A stretch of DNA of 64,000 nucleotides from Minisyncoccota bacterium (GTDB lineage Bacteria; Patescibacteriota; Minisyncoccia; Moranbacterales; GCA-2747515): NCBI GenBank assembly GCA_937936355.1, contig CALDDM010000008.1:19454-83453 (forward strand). Reading direction: 5' to 3'. Position numbers and translations under genes: made by a program. Below are positions 16,723-28,242 of this stretch, one piece after another (the first letter of the stretch is position 1; each line of letters begins with the position of its first letter). The notes below the pieces were generated by a model. The model had not been told where the DNA came from, did no database searches, and saw only the letters and a list, made by a program, of their open reading frames with translations.

Positions 16723-19563
16723 TTAAATAACAATATTAATAAGCTTTCCTTTAATCACAATAATCTTACGAATCTCTTTTTCTCCTATGAATTTTTGCAC
16801 TTTTTCACTTGCAAGGGCGATTTTTTCAAGGGCCGCGTCATCCTGACCCGCTGCAACCGTGACCTTGTCACGCACCTTGCCACCGATCTGCACAATAAGT
16901 AAGATCTCATCTTCCACAAGGAGCGTTGCATCTACCTCTGGCCACTGCACTTTTGCAACATAGCCATCATGACCAATACCCTCCCAGATCTCCTGTGCAA
17001 CATGTGGTGCATAGGGCGCAAGCATCGTTACCAAAAGCGTCATGTGCTCCTTGGTTATAGAAACCTCTTTCTCGAGCACGTTAATCGTACCCATAAGCGC
17101 TGAAACTCCGGTGTTGAGTTTATAATTCTCTATACTCGCCGTTACTGTATCAAGTGCTTTATGCAGTGCCTGGTCAGAAGCCTTCGTGCCGCCATCACCC
17201 ACCTTCTCCTGCAACTTCCAAATACGCTCAATAAATCGCCGTACACCGATGATGCTTTGCGGGTTCCATGGATAAGAGCTCACCTCATTGTACGGACCAA
17301 CAAAAGCCAAATACAAGCGCATCGTGTCTGCTCCAAGCTTCTCAACAATATCATCAGGATCAATCACATTGCCCTTACTCTTGCTCATCTTGTTTCCGTC
17401 TGGTCCTAGAATCAGACTACGGTTCATACGTCGCGTATATGGCTCTGAAGACGGTACCAGCCCAAGATCATAAAGTGCCTTCGTAAAAAAACGTGAGTAC
17501 AAAAGGTGCATCGTCGTATGTTCAGCGCCACCACTATAATGATCGATTGGCATCCACATTTTTAACTTTTCCATATCAGCAAAAGACTCCACGTTATCTG
17601 GATCGCAGTAACGCAAAAAGTACCACGAGCTACACATAAATGTATCAAATGTATCTGTTTCGCGCTGTGCATCCTTGCCGCATTCTGGACACGACACATT
17701 TACAAAATCCTCATTCTTAGCCAGAGGTGATCGCCCATCATCATTTGGGAGATAATCTTCCACATCAGGCAACTCCACAGGCAATTGCGCATCAGGTACA
17801 GCGATTGGGCCACAGTCATCACAGTGAATAATCGGGATCGGTGCACCCCAGTATCGTTGTCGACTGACTGTCCAGTCCCGCAACTTATACGTCGTCGTAA
17901 TCTCACCACCAACTTTCTCTACAATAGCCTTTTTTGCCTCTTCACTCTCCATCCCATCAAATTCACCTGAATTGATCATCACTCCATCCTTAGCAAAAAC
18001 CTCTCTTTTAACATAAGTATCCAATAGCAACATCATAACCTCCCCCTTCTCCTTATTGACCTGCTTCTTTATTGCAGCATCAATTTCATCATAAGTCATC
18101 CACTTTGAAACCATCTCATCATCCTTCTCTACCTGCGTCATCTTTATTTCCACCCTTTTTTTCGAACTTAAAGAGACCGCAAACGCGTGACACACGTTAC
18201 GACGAGTCTTTTTCTTTGTGTGAGAATATTGATCCCACACAACTACCGACACCTTATTCCCATTCACAAAATCAGAAAATCCAGTTTCCTCAACTACCTC
18301 TCTTTCAAGAGCCTGCTCCAAACTCTCCCCATCTTCAACCGTACCTCCTGGCAACCAATATTCATCCACTCTCTTCGAATACTGAATCAAAAATTTACCT
18401 TCATTATTTTGAATAATCCCATAAGATCCAACTTTTTCAAGATCAATACTTGCAATTTCTCCGACTTTTTTTGCGACAACATGCCTTACAGGAATATCAT
18501 ACTTCAGAGCAAACGCCTGATCACGTTCATCATGCGCAGGAACCGCCATGATCGCACCTGTCCCATAATTTCCCAAGACGTAGTCTGCGACATAGACTGG
18601 AATCTCCTCATCGTTTGCGGGATTGATTGCTTTTATACCTTCCAGTAAAACGCCTGTTTTTTCCTTAGTATCATTAGTACGGTCGATTTCTGATTTCTTT
18701 GCTGATTCTGCCACATAATCCCGCACTGCTTTTATGTTGGGAATTTTTTTTTCGAGATTCTGAATAATCTCATGTTCAGGTGCTACTACCATATACGTCA
18801 CACCATAAAGCGTATCAGGTCGCGTCGTGAAGACTTTTAATTTATAATCTTCGCCAGATATCTTAAACTCAAGCTCTGCACCCTCACTGCGACCGATCCA
18901 ATTTTTTTGAGACATCTTGATATCCTGAGGCCACTGTACGTCATCAAGATCATCAATCAATCGATCAGCATACTGTGTAATACCAATTTGCCACTGCTTC
19001 ATCTGACGCTTTTCTACGGCACTATCACAGCGCTCACATAAGCCACTCACAACCTGCTCATTAGCAAGTACAGTCTTACACGATGGACACCAATTTGCAT
19101 CGACACCACGGTGCTCTGCTAGACCGGCCTTGTAGAGCTGGAGAAACAGCCATTGCGTCCACTTATAGTACGCAGGATCACACGTGACCACTTCTCGCGA
19201 CCAATCAAACGACGCTCCCATAGAACGCATTTGCATACGCATGTGATCCATATTTTCATACGTCCAATCACGTGGATTGACACCACGCTTGATCGCAGCA
19301 TTTTCTGCTGGTAATCCAAATGCATCAAATCCAACAGGATACAGAACATTATAACCTTTCATGCGCTTATAACGTGCAACGATATCTGGCATAGCAAATG
19401 CATACCAGTGACCGATGTGGAGATTGCCTGAGGGATACGCAAATTCGAAAAGCTGATAAAAATTCTCTTTTCCCTGTGCGATATCTTGGGTCTCATAGAC
19501 ACCATCCTCGCTCCATTGCTTTTGCCATTTTTTTTCAATTTCACCGTGCTCGTAACGTTCCAT
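16723..19563 (-). CDS. leuS: leucine--tRNA ligase with an inserted Nudix domain
   Basis: 946-aa ORF. It has the HIGH region YPSGNLHIGH, CP1 editing motifs TTRPDT and GTGAIMAVPAHDERD, RDWTVSRQRYWGAPIP, and KMSKS. Confidence 0.95.
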   Translation of the reverse strand: MERYEHGEIEKKWQKQWSEDGVYETQDIAQGKENFYQLFEFAYPSGNLHIGHWYAFAMPDIVARYKRMKGYNVLYPVGFDAFGLPAENAAIKRGVNPRDWTYENMDHMRMQMRSMGASFDWSREVVTCDPAYYKWTQWLFLQLYKAGLAEHRGVDANWCPSCKTVLANEQVVSGLCERCDSAVEKRQMKQWQIGITQYADRLIDDLDDVQWPQDIKMSQKNWIGRSEGAELEFKISGEDYKLKVFTTRPDTLYGVTYMVVAPEHEIIQNLEKKIPNIKAVRDYVAESAKKSEIDRTNDTKEKTGVLLEGIKAINPANDEEIPVYVADYVLGNYGTGAIMAVPAHDERDQAFALKYDIPVRHVVAKKVGEIASIDLEKVGSYGIIQNNEGKFLIQYSKRVDEYWLPGGTVEDGESLEQALEREVVEETGFSDFVNGNKVSVVVWDQYSHTKKKTRRNVCHAFAVSLSSKKRVEIKMTQVEKDDEMVSKWMTYDEIDAAIKKQVNKEKGEVMMLLLDTYVKREVFAKDGVMINSGEFDGMESEEAKKAIVEKVGGEITTTYKLRDWTVSRQRYWGAPIPIIHCDDCGPIAVPDAQLPVELPDVEDYLPNDDGRSPLAKNEDFVNVSCPECGKDAQRETDTFDTFMCSSWYFLRYCDPDNVESFADMEKLKMWMPIDHYSGGAEHTTMHLLYSRFFTKALYDLGLVPSSEPYTRRMNRSLILGPDGNKMSKSKGNVIDPDDIVEKLGADTMRLYLAFVGPYNEVSSYPWNPQSIIGVRRFIERIWKLQEKVGDGGTKASDQALHKALDTVTASIENYKLNTGVSALMGTINVLEKEVSITKEHMTLLVTMLAPYAPHVAQEIWEGIGHDGYVAKVQWPEVDATLLVEDEILLIVQIGGKVRDKVTVAAGQDDAALEKIALASEKVQKFIGEKEIRKIIVIKGKLINIVI
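18010..18441 (-). other. Nudix hydrolase domain embedded in LeuRS (aa ~375-518)
   Basis: A perfect Nudix box GX5EX7REUXEEXGU is present as GTVEDGESLEQALEREVVEETGF (aa 407-429, nt 18277-18345). It lies inside an extra segment of about 145 aa between YDIPVRHVV and GVMINSGEFDG. Confidence 0.8.
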
Positions 19564-19626
19564 AGCGCATAATTTCTTAAGATCTCACAATAACAGGTAA
19601 TCCTATCATATCCCGATTAAGCTTCC

Positions 19627-19664
19627 AAATCAAACAAAAGGAGCGTTGACGATATCAACACTCC
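19627..19664 (-). terminator. rho-independent terminator
   Basis: On the minus strand, GGAGUGUUGA-UAUCG-UCAACGCUCC (one mismatch) is followed by UUUUGUUUGAUUU. It lies downstream of the ORF ending at 19768. Confidence 0.65.
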
Positions 19665-19767
19665 AAAATGAAAGCTGTCGCAACTTTCTTTTTTTCCAAT
19701 ACACAGGAATTCTTGTATATGCGACAACTCTTATCAATTTAGTAAAACCTCTACAAATTACTATGCC

Positions 19768-20157
19768 CTACGATTTTCTCACAGGTAGCAGCTTCTTCTT
19801 ATATGCAGCGATACGCTTATAAAAGCCAACAGAATCCCACCACATAAGGAAGGAAGAATTTTTTTCGCATTCTGCTTGCTCATAATCATTGTGTGCACCA
19901 TCCGTGTCAGCACTTTCTTTCAGTTCATTTCCCACATCTTGTTGCGCCCTATCCAGAGACATTACATGCTCCGTATGCATCTTTGCAAGCGCTGTAAACA
20001 GCGTCGACTCTGGAAAGCGGACATAATCATTCAAGTCTATGACCCGTCGATACTCAGACTCACAATCAAGATCTAACTTAAATCGGAAAAGCATCGCATT
20101 GAGCTGATGTAAACCAGGCTCAAAAGCGTGAACCGACCGATGTATATTTTTTTTCAT
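19768..20157 (-). CDS. hypothetical protein
   Basis: 129 aa counted from the ATG at 20157 (MKKNIHRSVH...); the ORF track begins 13 codons earlier. It has its own terminator. Confidence 0.55.
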   Translation of the reverse strand: MKKNIHRSVHAFEPGLHQLNAMLFRFKLDLDCESEYRRVIDLNDYVRFPESTLFTALAKMHTEHVMSLDRAQQDVGNELKESADTDGAHNDYEQAECEKNSSFLMWWDSVGFYKRIAAYKKKLLPVRKS

Positions 20158-20240
20158 ATTAAACCACCTATTTTGGAGGTGAAAAGATAATAACAAATAA
20201 ATTAATATTTGTCAAACAATCACACCTTTCAATTCCCTCA

Positions 20241-20277
20241 CTCAAAAAGTAAAAAGCAGTCCTTATGTATAAAGAAC
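20241..20277 (-). terminator. rho-independent terminator
   Basis: On the minus strand, GCAGUUCUU-UAUACAU-AAGGACUGC is followed by UUUUUACUUUUUG. Confidence 0.65.
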
Positions 20278-20329
20278 TGCTACAAATTGGCCGCAAGAAC
20301 ACACACTGCGAACCTTTCTAATTAAGAGA

Positions 20330-20566
20330 CTATACCCACGATGGCCTCTCTCCCTCGGGCCACCTCCCAAATAAAAGCACGAAACTTCTTACAGTCTGTT
20401 CAATCTGTTCAATTGTATGCTCAGGATAATTCCACAACATCTCACAATGCACAACTCTGATCAAACCCCAGTCAACATCTAACTGACTAGGAGGAGGCAA
20501 AGACCTATTTTTTTCTATAAGCTTACGTATCTCAAGGCTATTTGCCGATACATTCTCAGAAGTCAT
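20330..20566 (-). CDS. hypothetical protein
   Basis: 78-aa ORF with its own terminator. I recognised no motif. Confidence 0.5.
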   Translation of the reverse strand: MTSENVSANSLEIRKLIEKNRSLPPPSQLDVDWGLIRVVHCEMLWNYPEHTIEQIEQTVRSFVLLFGRWPEGERPSWV

Positions 20567-20622
20567 CCACTTAACCCTCGAAATAAAAAGAACCTAAAAA
20601 AGAATAACATAGAATCGGCAAA

Positions 20623-20640
20623 AGATAGAAGACCTCAAAA
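20623..20640. terminator. hairpin terminator after the permease gene
   Basis: AGACCTC-AAAA-GAGGTCT forms a 7-bp stem flanked by T-rich sequence on both strands. Confidence 0.5.
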
Positions 20641-20675
20641 GAGGTCTTTTATCTATTTTCTCATGGAAGTTGCGC

Positions 20676-22070
20676 CTAATGTCCAGAGTCTATCTTACCC
20701 TCGACCTTTGTGAGGTCTTTCTGACCCTCTACATAACCCCCAAGTTGTTCGTGGAAGAGCAGGATAAGTCCAGTTGTAATTGTAAGTCCAACAACTGTCA
20801 CAATACCACCAACCTTTACCCATTTAATGAAACTAATCGGAGCATCAGTTTGCTGACTCTTGCTGGTTACGATCACACCTGCACTTGATCCGATTGGCGT
20901 CGCATTACCACCAAACCCTACACCAAAGACCAGCGCCCACCAAAGAAGATTCACATCCACACCACTTGCTCCAAGCGCGGCTATTACTGGAATCATCGCA
21001 ACAGTGAATGGAATATTATCAACAAGAGCACTCAAAAGCGCACTTGCCCAGAGAACAAGAATCGCTGTCATCACTATATTATTTTCTGCACCATTTGTCA
21101 GAAGCTCAGCAAATTTCTCTAGAACACCAGAATACTCAAGCCCTCCCACAAGAACAAAAAGCGACGCGAAGAAAACAAGTACTGAAAGTTCAAGTTTTTC
21201 GAGTACCTTCTGAGGGTCTTTTGTTGGTGAAACAAGGATGAGCGCCAACGCCGCCCCGATCAACGCAACCATTGCTGGCTGAATATGAAGTGTGTGATGG
21301 ACAAAAAAGAGCAAAACAACAAGCACCAAAACACCAATAATAATCTTCAAAGTCTTCGGATCCTCAATCGCGTCCTTCTCATTCATTTTCATGAGCTGAT
21401 CGATATTCTGCGGCTTCTCGGCAATTTCTTTTTTATAAACAACACGCAGAACAGCAAGCGTCACAAACCACACAACGATAACAATTGGCAATGAGTGCGT
21501 GAGAAAGGCATTAAACGAGAATCCTGCAGCTGAGCCAATCATAATATTTGGCGGGTCGCCAACGAGTGTCGCCGTACCACCAACATTTGAAAGAATAGCT
21601 AACGCAATCAGAAGTGGCATCGGAGAAATCTTAATCATACGTGCGATAATGATCGTCACAGGCACAATCAAAATAATCGTTGTAACGTTATCAAGAATCA
21701 TAGAAAGAACAGACGTCAATGCGCCAAGCGCTACGATAAGAAGCCATGGATTTCCCTTAGTTTTCTTTGCGGTTAGAATACCCAAATATTGAAAAACACC
21801 TGTCGTCTCTAGGACCGCAACGATTGCCATCATACCAGCAAGAAGTCCAAGTGTGTTAAAATCGATCGCATGCATAGCCTGAGCAGGTTCATAGAACCCC
21901 ATAATCATGCCGACCACAAGCATTGTCATCGCACCAAAAAAAGAGATTACTGTACGATGAATCTTTTCCGTAACAATCAAAAAGAAAGTGACAGAAAAAA
22001 TAACAATACTAACCCAAAAACCCAAATCTGTTTCCATAACCTCTAGCGTTAAATTAAAAATAAAAAGCAC
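20676..22070 (-). CDS. ArsB/NhaD-superfamily (citrate-transporter-like) permease
   Basis: 464-aa polytopic ORF with the motifs ILDNVTTIILIVPV and GGTATLVGDPPNIMIG. The start is uncertain: GTG at 22070 or ATG at 22037. Confidence 0.8.
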   Translation of the reverse strand: MLFIFNLTLEVMETDLGFWVSIVIFSVTFFLIVTEKIHRTVISFFGAMTMLVVGMIMGFYEPAQAMHAIDFNTLGLLAGMMAIVAVLETTGVFQYLGILTAKKTKGNPWLLIVALGALTSVLSMILDNVTTIILIVPVTIIIARMIKISPMPLLIALAILSNVGGTATLVGDPPNIMIGSAAGFSFNAFLTHSLPIVIVVWFVTLAVLRVVYKKEIAEKPQNIDQLMKMNEKDAIEDPKTLKIIIGVLVLVVLLFFVHHTLHIQPAMVALIGAALALILVSPTKDPQKVLEKLELSVLVFFASLFVLVGGLEYSGVLEKFAELLTNGAENNIVMTAILVLWASALLSALVDNIPFTVAMIPVIAALGASGVDVNLLWWALVFGVGFGGNATPIGSSAGVIVTSKSQQTDAPISFIKWVKVGGIVTVVGLTITTGLILLFHEQLGGYVEGQKDLTKVEGKIDSGH

Positions 22071-22207
22071 AAAGCAAAGGCTTTGGCTATCGTTGGAAGA
22101 TGAAAAAATTCATATACACACCACAAACTCTTTCAACTTCCTACGAAAATTGTTTTCTCAACAAACAAAAACAATTGTAGATACGAGATCTTACAATTGC
22201 TCTATGT

Positions 22208-22708
22208 TTATTTTGAAAATGCTTCGTCTATATCAAGGAATGCTGCAATGACATTTTTGAGCTCCGTTCGCGTCAACAGTCCAATCGGCTTCGCTTGCTC
22301 ATCTACGACAGGAATGCGGACTTGACCACTCTCCAGAGCAACCACAGCTGCTTGCATCAGTGTATCATCTGCCTTAACTGTAGCAACATCCTGCTGCATA
22401 AAGTCTTCTATTGCAACATCAGCAACTTTTGCAGCTTCTTCGCGGAATATATCCTCCGTTGCAAAATGTGCTGCGATCGCATCATGCTCCAAATAGTCAG
22501 GGACCACATGCTTAATCAGTGACTTAGGGTTAACCATACCAATAGCTTTCCCCTCACCATCAATCACAACAAGTGAATTTGTCTTCTCGATGATCATTTT
22601 TTTGATCACATCACGAAAAGTCATACCAGACTCAACAACGATTACATCTCGCATCACTTCTTTGATTGCAAGGCTATGTCCATTTACGGTCATATTTTTG
22701 ATATTCAC
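22208..22708 (-). CDS. CBS-pair domain protein
   Basis: 166-aa ORF with two CBS repeats, VMRDVIVVESGMTFRDVIKKM... and FMQQDVATVKADDTLMQAA... It lies directly upstream of the permease. Confidence 0.85.
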   Translation of the reverse strand: MNIKNMTVNGHSLAIKEVMRDVIVVESGMTFRDVIKKMIIEKTNSLVVIDGEGKAIGMVNPKSLIKHVVPDYLEHDAIAAHFATEDIFREEAAKVADVAIEDFMQQDVATVKADDTLMQAAVVALESGQVRIPVVDEQAKPIGLLTRTELKNVIAAFLDIDEAFSK

Positions 22709-22781
22709 TGAAATTTAATACCTATCCATTTATACACGAGTACCTCAAAAAACGCAAGAGGTATAACTCAGCAGGATACAG

Positions 22782-22801
22782 CTAAAGATAGAAAAAACTC
22801 A
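22782..22801 (-). terminator. weak terminator after the atp operon
   Basis: On the minus strand, CUCAA-GCCU-UUGAG forms a 5-bp stem followed by UUUUUUC, 13 nt after the atpC stop. Confidence 0.4.
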
Positions 22802-22813
22802 AAGGCTTGAGGT

Positions 22814-23224
22814 CTATCTGCGTCTGCGTAAAACACGTAGCCGAGCAAGATCTCTCTCAAGCGCTGCTGCAACACGAGCATATTCCTGTGCATCCATTGA
22901 TGATTCTTGTTTTTTAAGCTCCTTGCCACGCTCAATCGCCTCTTTCACCTTTGTCTCATCAAGCTCCAATCCTGATTCAGCTCCATCAGCAAGAAGCGTT
23001 ACCTCTGAACCTTTTTTTACTTCGAGAAACCCACCAAAAATTGCATATGATTCTTCCGCACCAGCTTTACGCACCATCACCTCACCCTGAGCAAGCACAC
23101 TCAAAAGCGGCGTATGGTTCGGTAACACGGTGATCTGACCATCAGCCGTATCGACTGTCACACTATCAACAGTCTCCTCGATGCTCATTCCAGCAGGCGT
23201 TACGATTTTGAATTGAATAGGCAT
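22814..23224 (-). CDS. atpC: F1 ATP synthase subunit epsilon
   Basis: The start MPIQFKIVTPAG... (ATG at 23224) matches the epsilon N-terminus. The ORF-track extension to 23296 overlaps the upstream ORF. Confidence 0.9.
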   Translation of the reverse strand: MPIQFKIVTPAGMSIEETVDSVTVDTADGQITVLPNHTPLLSVLAQGEVMVRKAGAEESYAIFGGFLEVKKGSEVTLLADGAESGLELDETKVKEAIERGKELKKQESSMDAQEYARVAAALERDLARLRVLRRRR

Positions 23225-23234
23225 AGCTTTTATC

Positions 23235-23714
23235 TTAATTGGAAGTTTGATTATTATCAGGCTGCTGGTTACCAGCTCTTGCTTGACGTGATACAAATGA
23301 AAAGATCGCGGATATCAGAACTGCAGGAAGACAAAATACTATAATCAAAAATATTATCACACCCATCGCCTGCACATTTGAGTAACCTTGTGGCGCAGAA
23401 TCCGTAAATGTTAACAGTCCACCCAGTGCTGCAACAAGAACAAGTGGAGTCCACAATAAATAAACAGGAACAATGAACGCCATCAACATTGTAGATCGCC
23501 TTAAGTCCTTCTTGAGATCTGGTGTGTCCTCTCTATTTCTAAACATGAAAAGTTTAGTGACATATGATGCGACTAGAAATGACAGGATAGGAGTTATAAT
23601 CTGCCATACTTTACCAGCACCAAATACAACAGCAGGAATAGAAAGAATGATCCAAGCAACTAAAAACAGTGCAATAAATTTGAAGATTGATACCAACTTA
23701 GCCATAAATTTCAC
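23235..23714 (-). CDS. uncharacterised 4-TM membrane protein embedded in the atp operon
   Basis: 159-aa ORF with four hydrophobic helices. It begins 37 nt after atpD and ends 10 nt before atpC, so it is presumably co-transcribed. Confidence 0.7.
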   Translation of the reverse strand: MKFMAKLVSIFKFIALFLVAWIILSIPAVVFGAGKVWQIITPILSFLVASYVTKLFMFRNREDTPDLKKDLRRSTMLMAFIVPVYLLWTPLVLVAALGGLLTFTDSAPQGYSNVQAMGVIIFLIIVFCLPAVLISAIFSFVSRQARAGNQQPDNNQTSN

Positions 23715-23751
23715 TTAAAACCTCCTTTACTAATACCTCAAAGTCACACTC

Positions 23752-25137
<1,386 letters not shown>

Positions 25138-25168
25138 TTAATATACAAGTGTGAATGTTATGAAGAAT

Positions 25169-26122
25169 TTATTCAAGCGCAGCTCGTCCGGCACTGATCT
25201 CTGATATTTCTTGCGTAATCTTAGCTTGTCGCATTTTGTTATATGCAAGCGTCAAGTCATCAACGATATCACCCGCTGCATCCGTTGCATTTTTCATTGC
25301 CATCATGCGAGAAGACTCTTTAGAAGCATTGGACTCATAAAGCGCATGCAAAATCTGCGACTCCAGAACACGCGGCATAAGTGCAGCGATAGCAGCCTCA
25401 TTTGAAGGCTCAACAACATACTCAGCTGATAAAGCAGATCGATCTTTGCGCTGATCATCAGATACATCAGAATCCGTACCATCACCGACATGCACCGCAT
25501 CCATATCAGCAATCTGACTTCCCAGATCCGCTTCAGACACTGGCAATAACTGTCGCACTTTTTGCTCTTGTGTGATGGGATTTACATAATCTGTATAGAC
25601 CATAAGAACTTTATCATATGTCCCATCTGCATATCCCTGCGTAATCATCTTAAGCAATGGGGCTACAGCAGGAGAATCTGGTGCATAATTTAACTCTGGA
25701 AAAGTTGCCAATGGATCAATGCCCAATCGTTTCATCATTGCATCAGCCTTGCGACCAACAGTGATTGTTGCAATATGGTCTTTTTGGACACCCACATTTC
25801 CAGTGTCACCTGCATCAATCGTTGCGCGCACAACCTTTGCAATAGCACTGTTAAATCCTCCACAAAGCCCTTTATTGGACGCAATGACAACCATAAGGAT
25901 ATTTTTAACATCTCGCTGCGCAAGCAAAGGATGTTCTGATGGCACATTTGGCGCAACACTCTCAAAAAGCCGATGCATTGCAACAGCATAAGGTCGCAAA
26001 CGCGTCACCTGATCGATTGCTTTTTTCATCTTTGCAGCAGATACGATCTCCATCGCCTTTGTCACCTTCTTGGTATTTTTGATGGATTTGATTCGCCGCT
26101 GTATGTCGAGTGCTCCTGCCAT
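25169..26122 (-). CDS. atpG: F1 ATP synthase subunit gamma
   Basis: 317-aa ORF with N-terminus IKSIKNTKKVTKAMEIVSAAKM and C-terminus ITQEISEI..GAAAL-like. Confidence 0.95.
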   Translation of the reverse strand: MAGALDIQRRIKSIKNTKKVTKAMEIVSAAKMKKAIDQVTRLRPYAVAMHRLFESVAPNVPSEHPLLAQRDVKNILMVVIASNKGLCGGFNSAIAKVVRATIDAGDTGNVGVQKDHIATITVGRKADAMMKRLGIDPLATFPELNYAPDSPAVAPLLKMITQGYADGTYDKVLMVYTDYVNPITQEQKVRQLLPVSEADLGSQIADMDAVHVGDGTDSDVSDDQRKDRSALSAEYVVEPSNEAAIAALMPRVLESQILHALYESNASKESSRMMAMKNATDAAGDIVDDLTLAYNKMRQAKITQEISEISAGRAALE

Positions 26123-26183
26123 AGTTTTGTGTTGAAAGATATGAGCGCAAGAAGTAATTCAGAAAAACTAACGCCCTCGTACT

Positions 26184-27698
26184 CTAGTTATTCATTTCCT
26201 TGTACTCTCCAATAATTTTTTTGAGTGTTTCCTCTACCTCATCTGACAGCTCAGGCTTTTCATTAAGACCATTTACAAAGTCTTTGTGATTGCTAGCCAT
26301 ATACTTGTGCAATCCAGCTTCCCATTCACCAATCTTGTCTGCATCAACGTCATCCATATGCCCTTTAGTGAGGGCATACATCACAGCACCTTGTTGCGCA
26401 ACGCTTTGCGGCTCGTATTGACCTTGTTTAAGCACCTCTACAGTACGCTTACCACGCTCAAGCCGCTTCTTTGTTTCATCATCGACATCAGAGCCAAACT
26501 GCGCAAAAGCCTCCAATTCACGGTACTGAGCAAGATCAAGTCGTAAAGTACCCGAAAGTTTCTTAATAAGCTTTGTCTGGGCAGCAGATCCTACACGACT
26601 CACAGAGAGCCCAGCATTGATCGCCGGACGCTGACCCTTATTGAAGAGGTCTGCCTCAAGATAAATCTGACCATCCGTGATAGAGATCACATTTGTTGGA
26701 ATATACGCAGACACATCTCCTGCCTGCGTCTCAATGATCGGTAGCGCTGTAATCGAGCCTCCACCATTATCGTCGTTAAGCCTCGCACTACGCTCAAGCA
26801 AGCGTGAGTGAAGATAAAACACGTCACCAGGATATGCTTCGCGTCCTGGTGGACGCTTAAGAAGCAGAGACATCTGGCGATATGCCATCGCATGTTTCGA
26901 AAGGTCATCATACACCACAAGAACATCCTCACCTTTTGCCATGAAGTACTCCGCCAAAGCAGTTGCGCTATATGGAGCCAAGTAATTCATCGCAGCTGGC
27001 TCAGAGGCACCAGCAAGGACAACGGTCGTATATTCCATTGCACCCTGCTCTTCAAGCTGTTGTACAATCTTCCTGATTTTACTCTCACGCTGACCAATCG
27101 CAACGTAGATACATTTCAAGTTCTGACCCTTTTGGTTGAGAATTGTATCAATCGCTACAGCACTCTTTCCCGTCTGACGATCTCCAATAATCAGTTCCCG
27201 CTGACCACGTCCAACAGGCACCATTGCGTCAATAGATTTCACACCTGTCTGCATCGGCACGCCAACAGGCTCACGTGTCATCACACCTGGCGCAATCTTC
27301 TCTACCGGCATAGTTTCATTTGTTTCTATAGCGCCCTTACCATCAATTGTCTCAAGCAAAGCATTCATCGTACGTCCTATCATTTTTTCAGAAACCGGGA
27401 CACTCAGCACACGACCAGTCGGCCGAGCTATATCACCTTCTTTAATTTCTTTGTACGCACCAAAAATCACAACACCAGTTTGGTCCTCCTCAAGATTCAA
27501 TGCAAGTCCTGTAATCTGATTGCCTGCTGCAGTGTCAAAAAGAATAATCTCACTATATGCAACATCATCAAGTCCCGCCACCTTTGCGATACCATCCCCC
27601 ACTTCAAGGACTGTACCTACTTGCTCAGATGATTGTTCTTCTGCAAATCCAGCGATTTCTGCCTTGAGCTTGTCTATAATAAGTTGCGCTTGTGCCAT
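26184..27698 (-). CDS. atpA: F1 ATP synthase subunit alpha
   Basis: 504-aa ORF with Walker [10 protein letters not shown] and the conserved [20 protein letters not shown]. Confidence 0.97.
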   Translation of the reverse strand: MAQAQLIIDKLKAEIAGFAEEQSSEQVGTVLEVGDGIAKVAGLDDVAYSEIILFDTAAGNQITGLALNLEEDQTGVVIFGAYKEIKEGDIARPTGRVLSVPVSEKMIGRTMNALLETIDGKGAIETNETMPVEKIAPGVMTREPVGVPMQTGVKSIDAMVPVGRGQRELIIGDRQTGKSAVAIDTILNQKGQNLKCIYVAIGQRESKIRKIVQQLEEQGAMEYTTVVLAGASEPAAMNYLAPYSATALAEYFMAKGEDVLVVYDDLSKHAMAYRQMSLLLKRPPGREAYPGDVFYLHSRLLERSARLNDDNGGGSITALPIIETQAGDVSAYIPTNVISITDGQIYLEADLFNKGQRPAINAGLSVSRVGSAAQTKLIKKLSGTLRLDLAQYRELEAFAQFGSDVDDETKKRLERGKRTVEVLKQGQYEPQSVAQQGAVMYALTKGHMDDVDADKIGEWEAGLHKYMASNHKDFVNGLNEKPELSDEVEETLKKIIGEYKEMNN

Positions 27699-27770
27699 AT
27701 TGATTGTAGTTAGTAGATTACCCCGCGCAGCGGGACCCTTTGTGATAGGGTGATTTGTGTATAAGGAAGT

Positions 27771-28169
27771 TTATTTCACACTCTTCAGCCTTTGTCCAAG
27801 TCGTGCCAGACGTCTGGCAAGTGATCGGTCAAAGAGCTTATTATTGTTTTTGACAAACACACCACCGATCATCTCAGGGTCGGTCTGCGAGATCACCGTA
27901 GTCTGCGGATCAATTGCAAGACTCGCTAAAAGATCTTTGATTGTTACATCATCAAGCTCTGCTGCACTGCGAACATGCACTTCTGGTAGCTCACTTTTTT
28001 TTACAAGGATCGTACGGTACTCCTTAAGCACACGCTCCAACATATACCCATCACCAGCATCTTTGAGTGACTGTGCGATCTGCCCAACATAATTCTGCAC
28101 ATCTACGTCGGATGCGTTTTGAGAAAGCTCATACAGAGCAATTGCATATTGTTTCGCTGTCTTTTTCAT
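27771..28169 (-). CDS. atpH: F1 ATP synthase subunit delta (short form)
   Basis: 132-aa ORF in the canonical position. N-terminus is AKQYAIALYEL and the C-terminus contains DPEMIGGVFV..N..FDRSL. It is shorter than the usual size of about 180 aa. Confidence 0.8.
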   Translation of the reverse strand: MKKTAKQYAIALYELSQNASDVDVQNYVGQIAQSLKDAGDGYMLERVLKEYRTILVKKSELPEVHVRSAAELDDVTIKDLLASLAIDPQTTVISQTDPEMIGGVFVKNNNKLFDRSLARRLARLGQRLKSVK

Positions 28170-28242
28170 AGTATTTGGAGAGAGATGATCAGAGATAATC
28201 TGTGCGGACTAGGAAGCCCACACCCCTCTATAATTCACATTC

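Noticed and set aside
26808-27632. 274-aa plus-strand ORF
   Set aside because: It lies entirely antisense to the highly conserved atpA coding sequence. Its composition is low-complexity (H/R/L/T/N-rich), and it has no start context. It is a typical shadow ORF.
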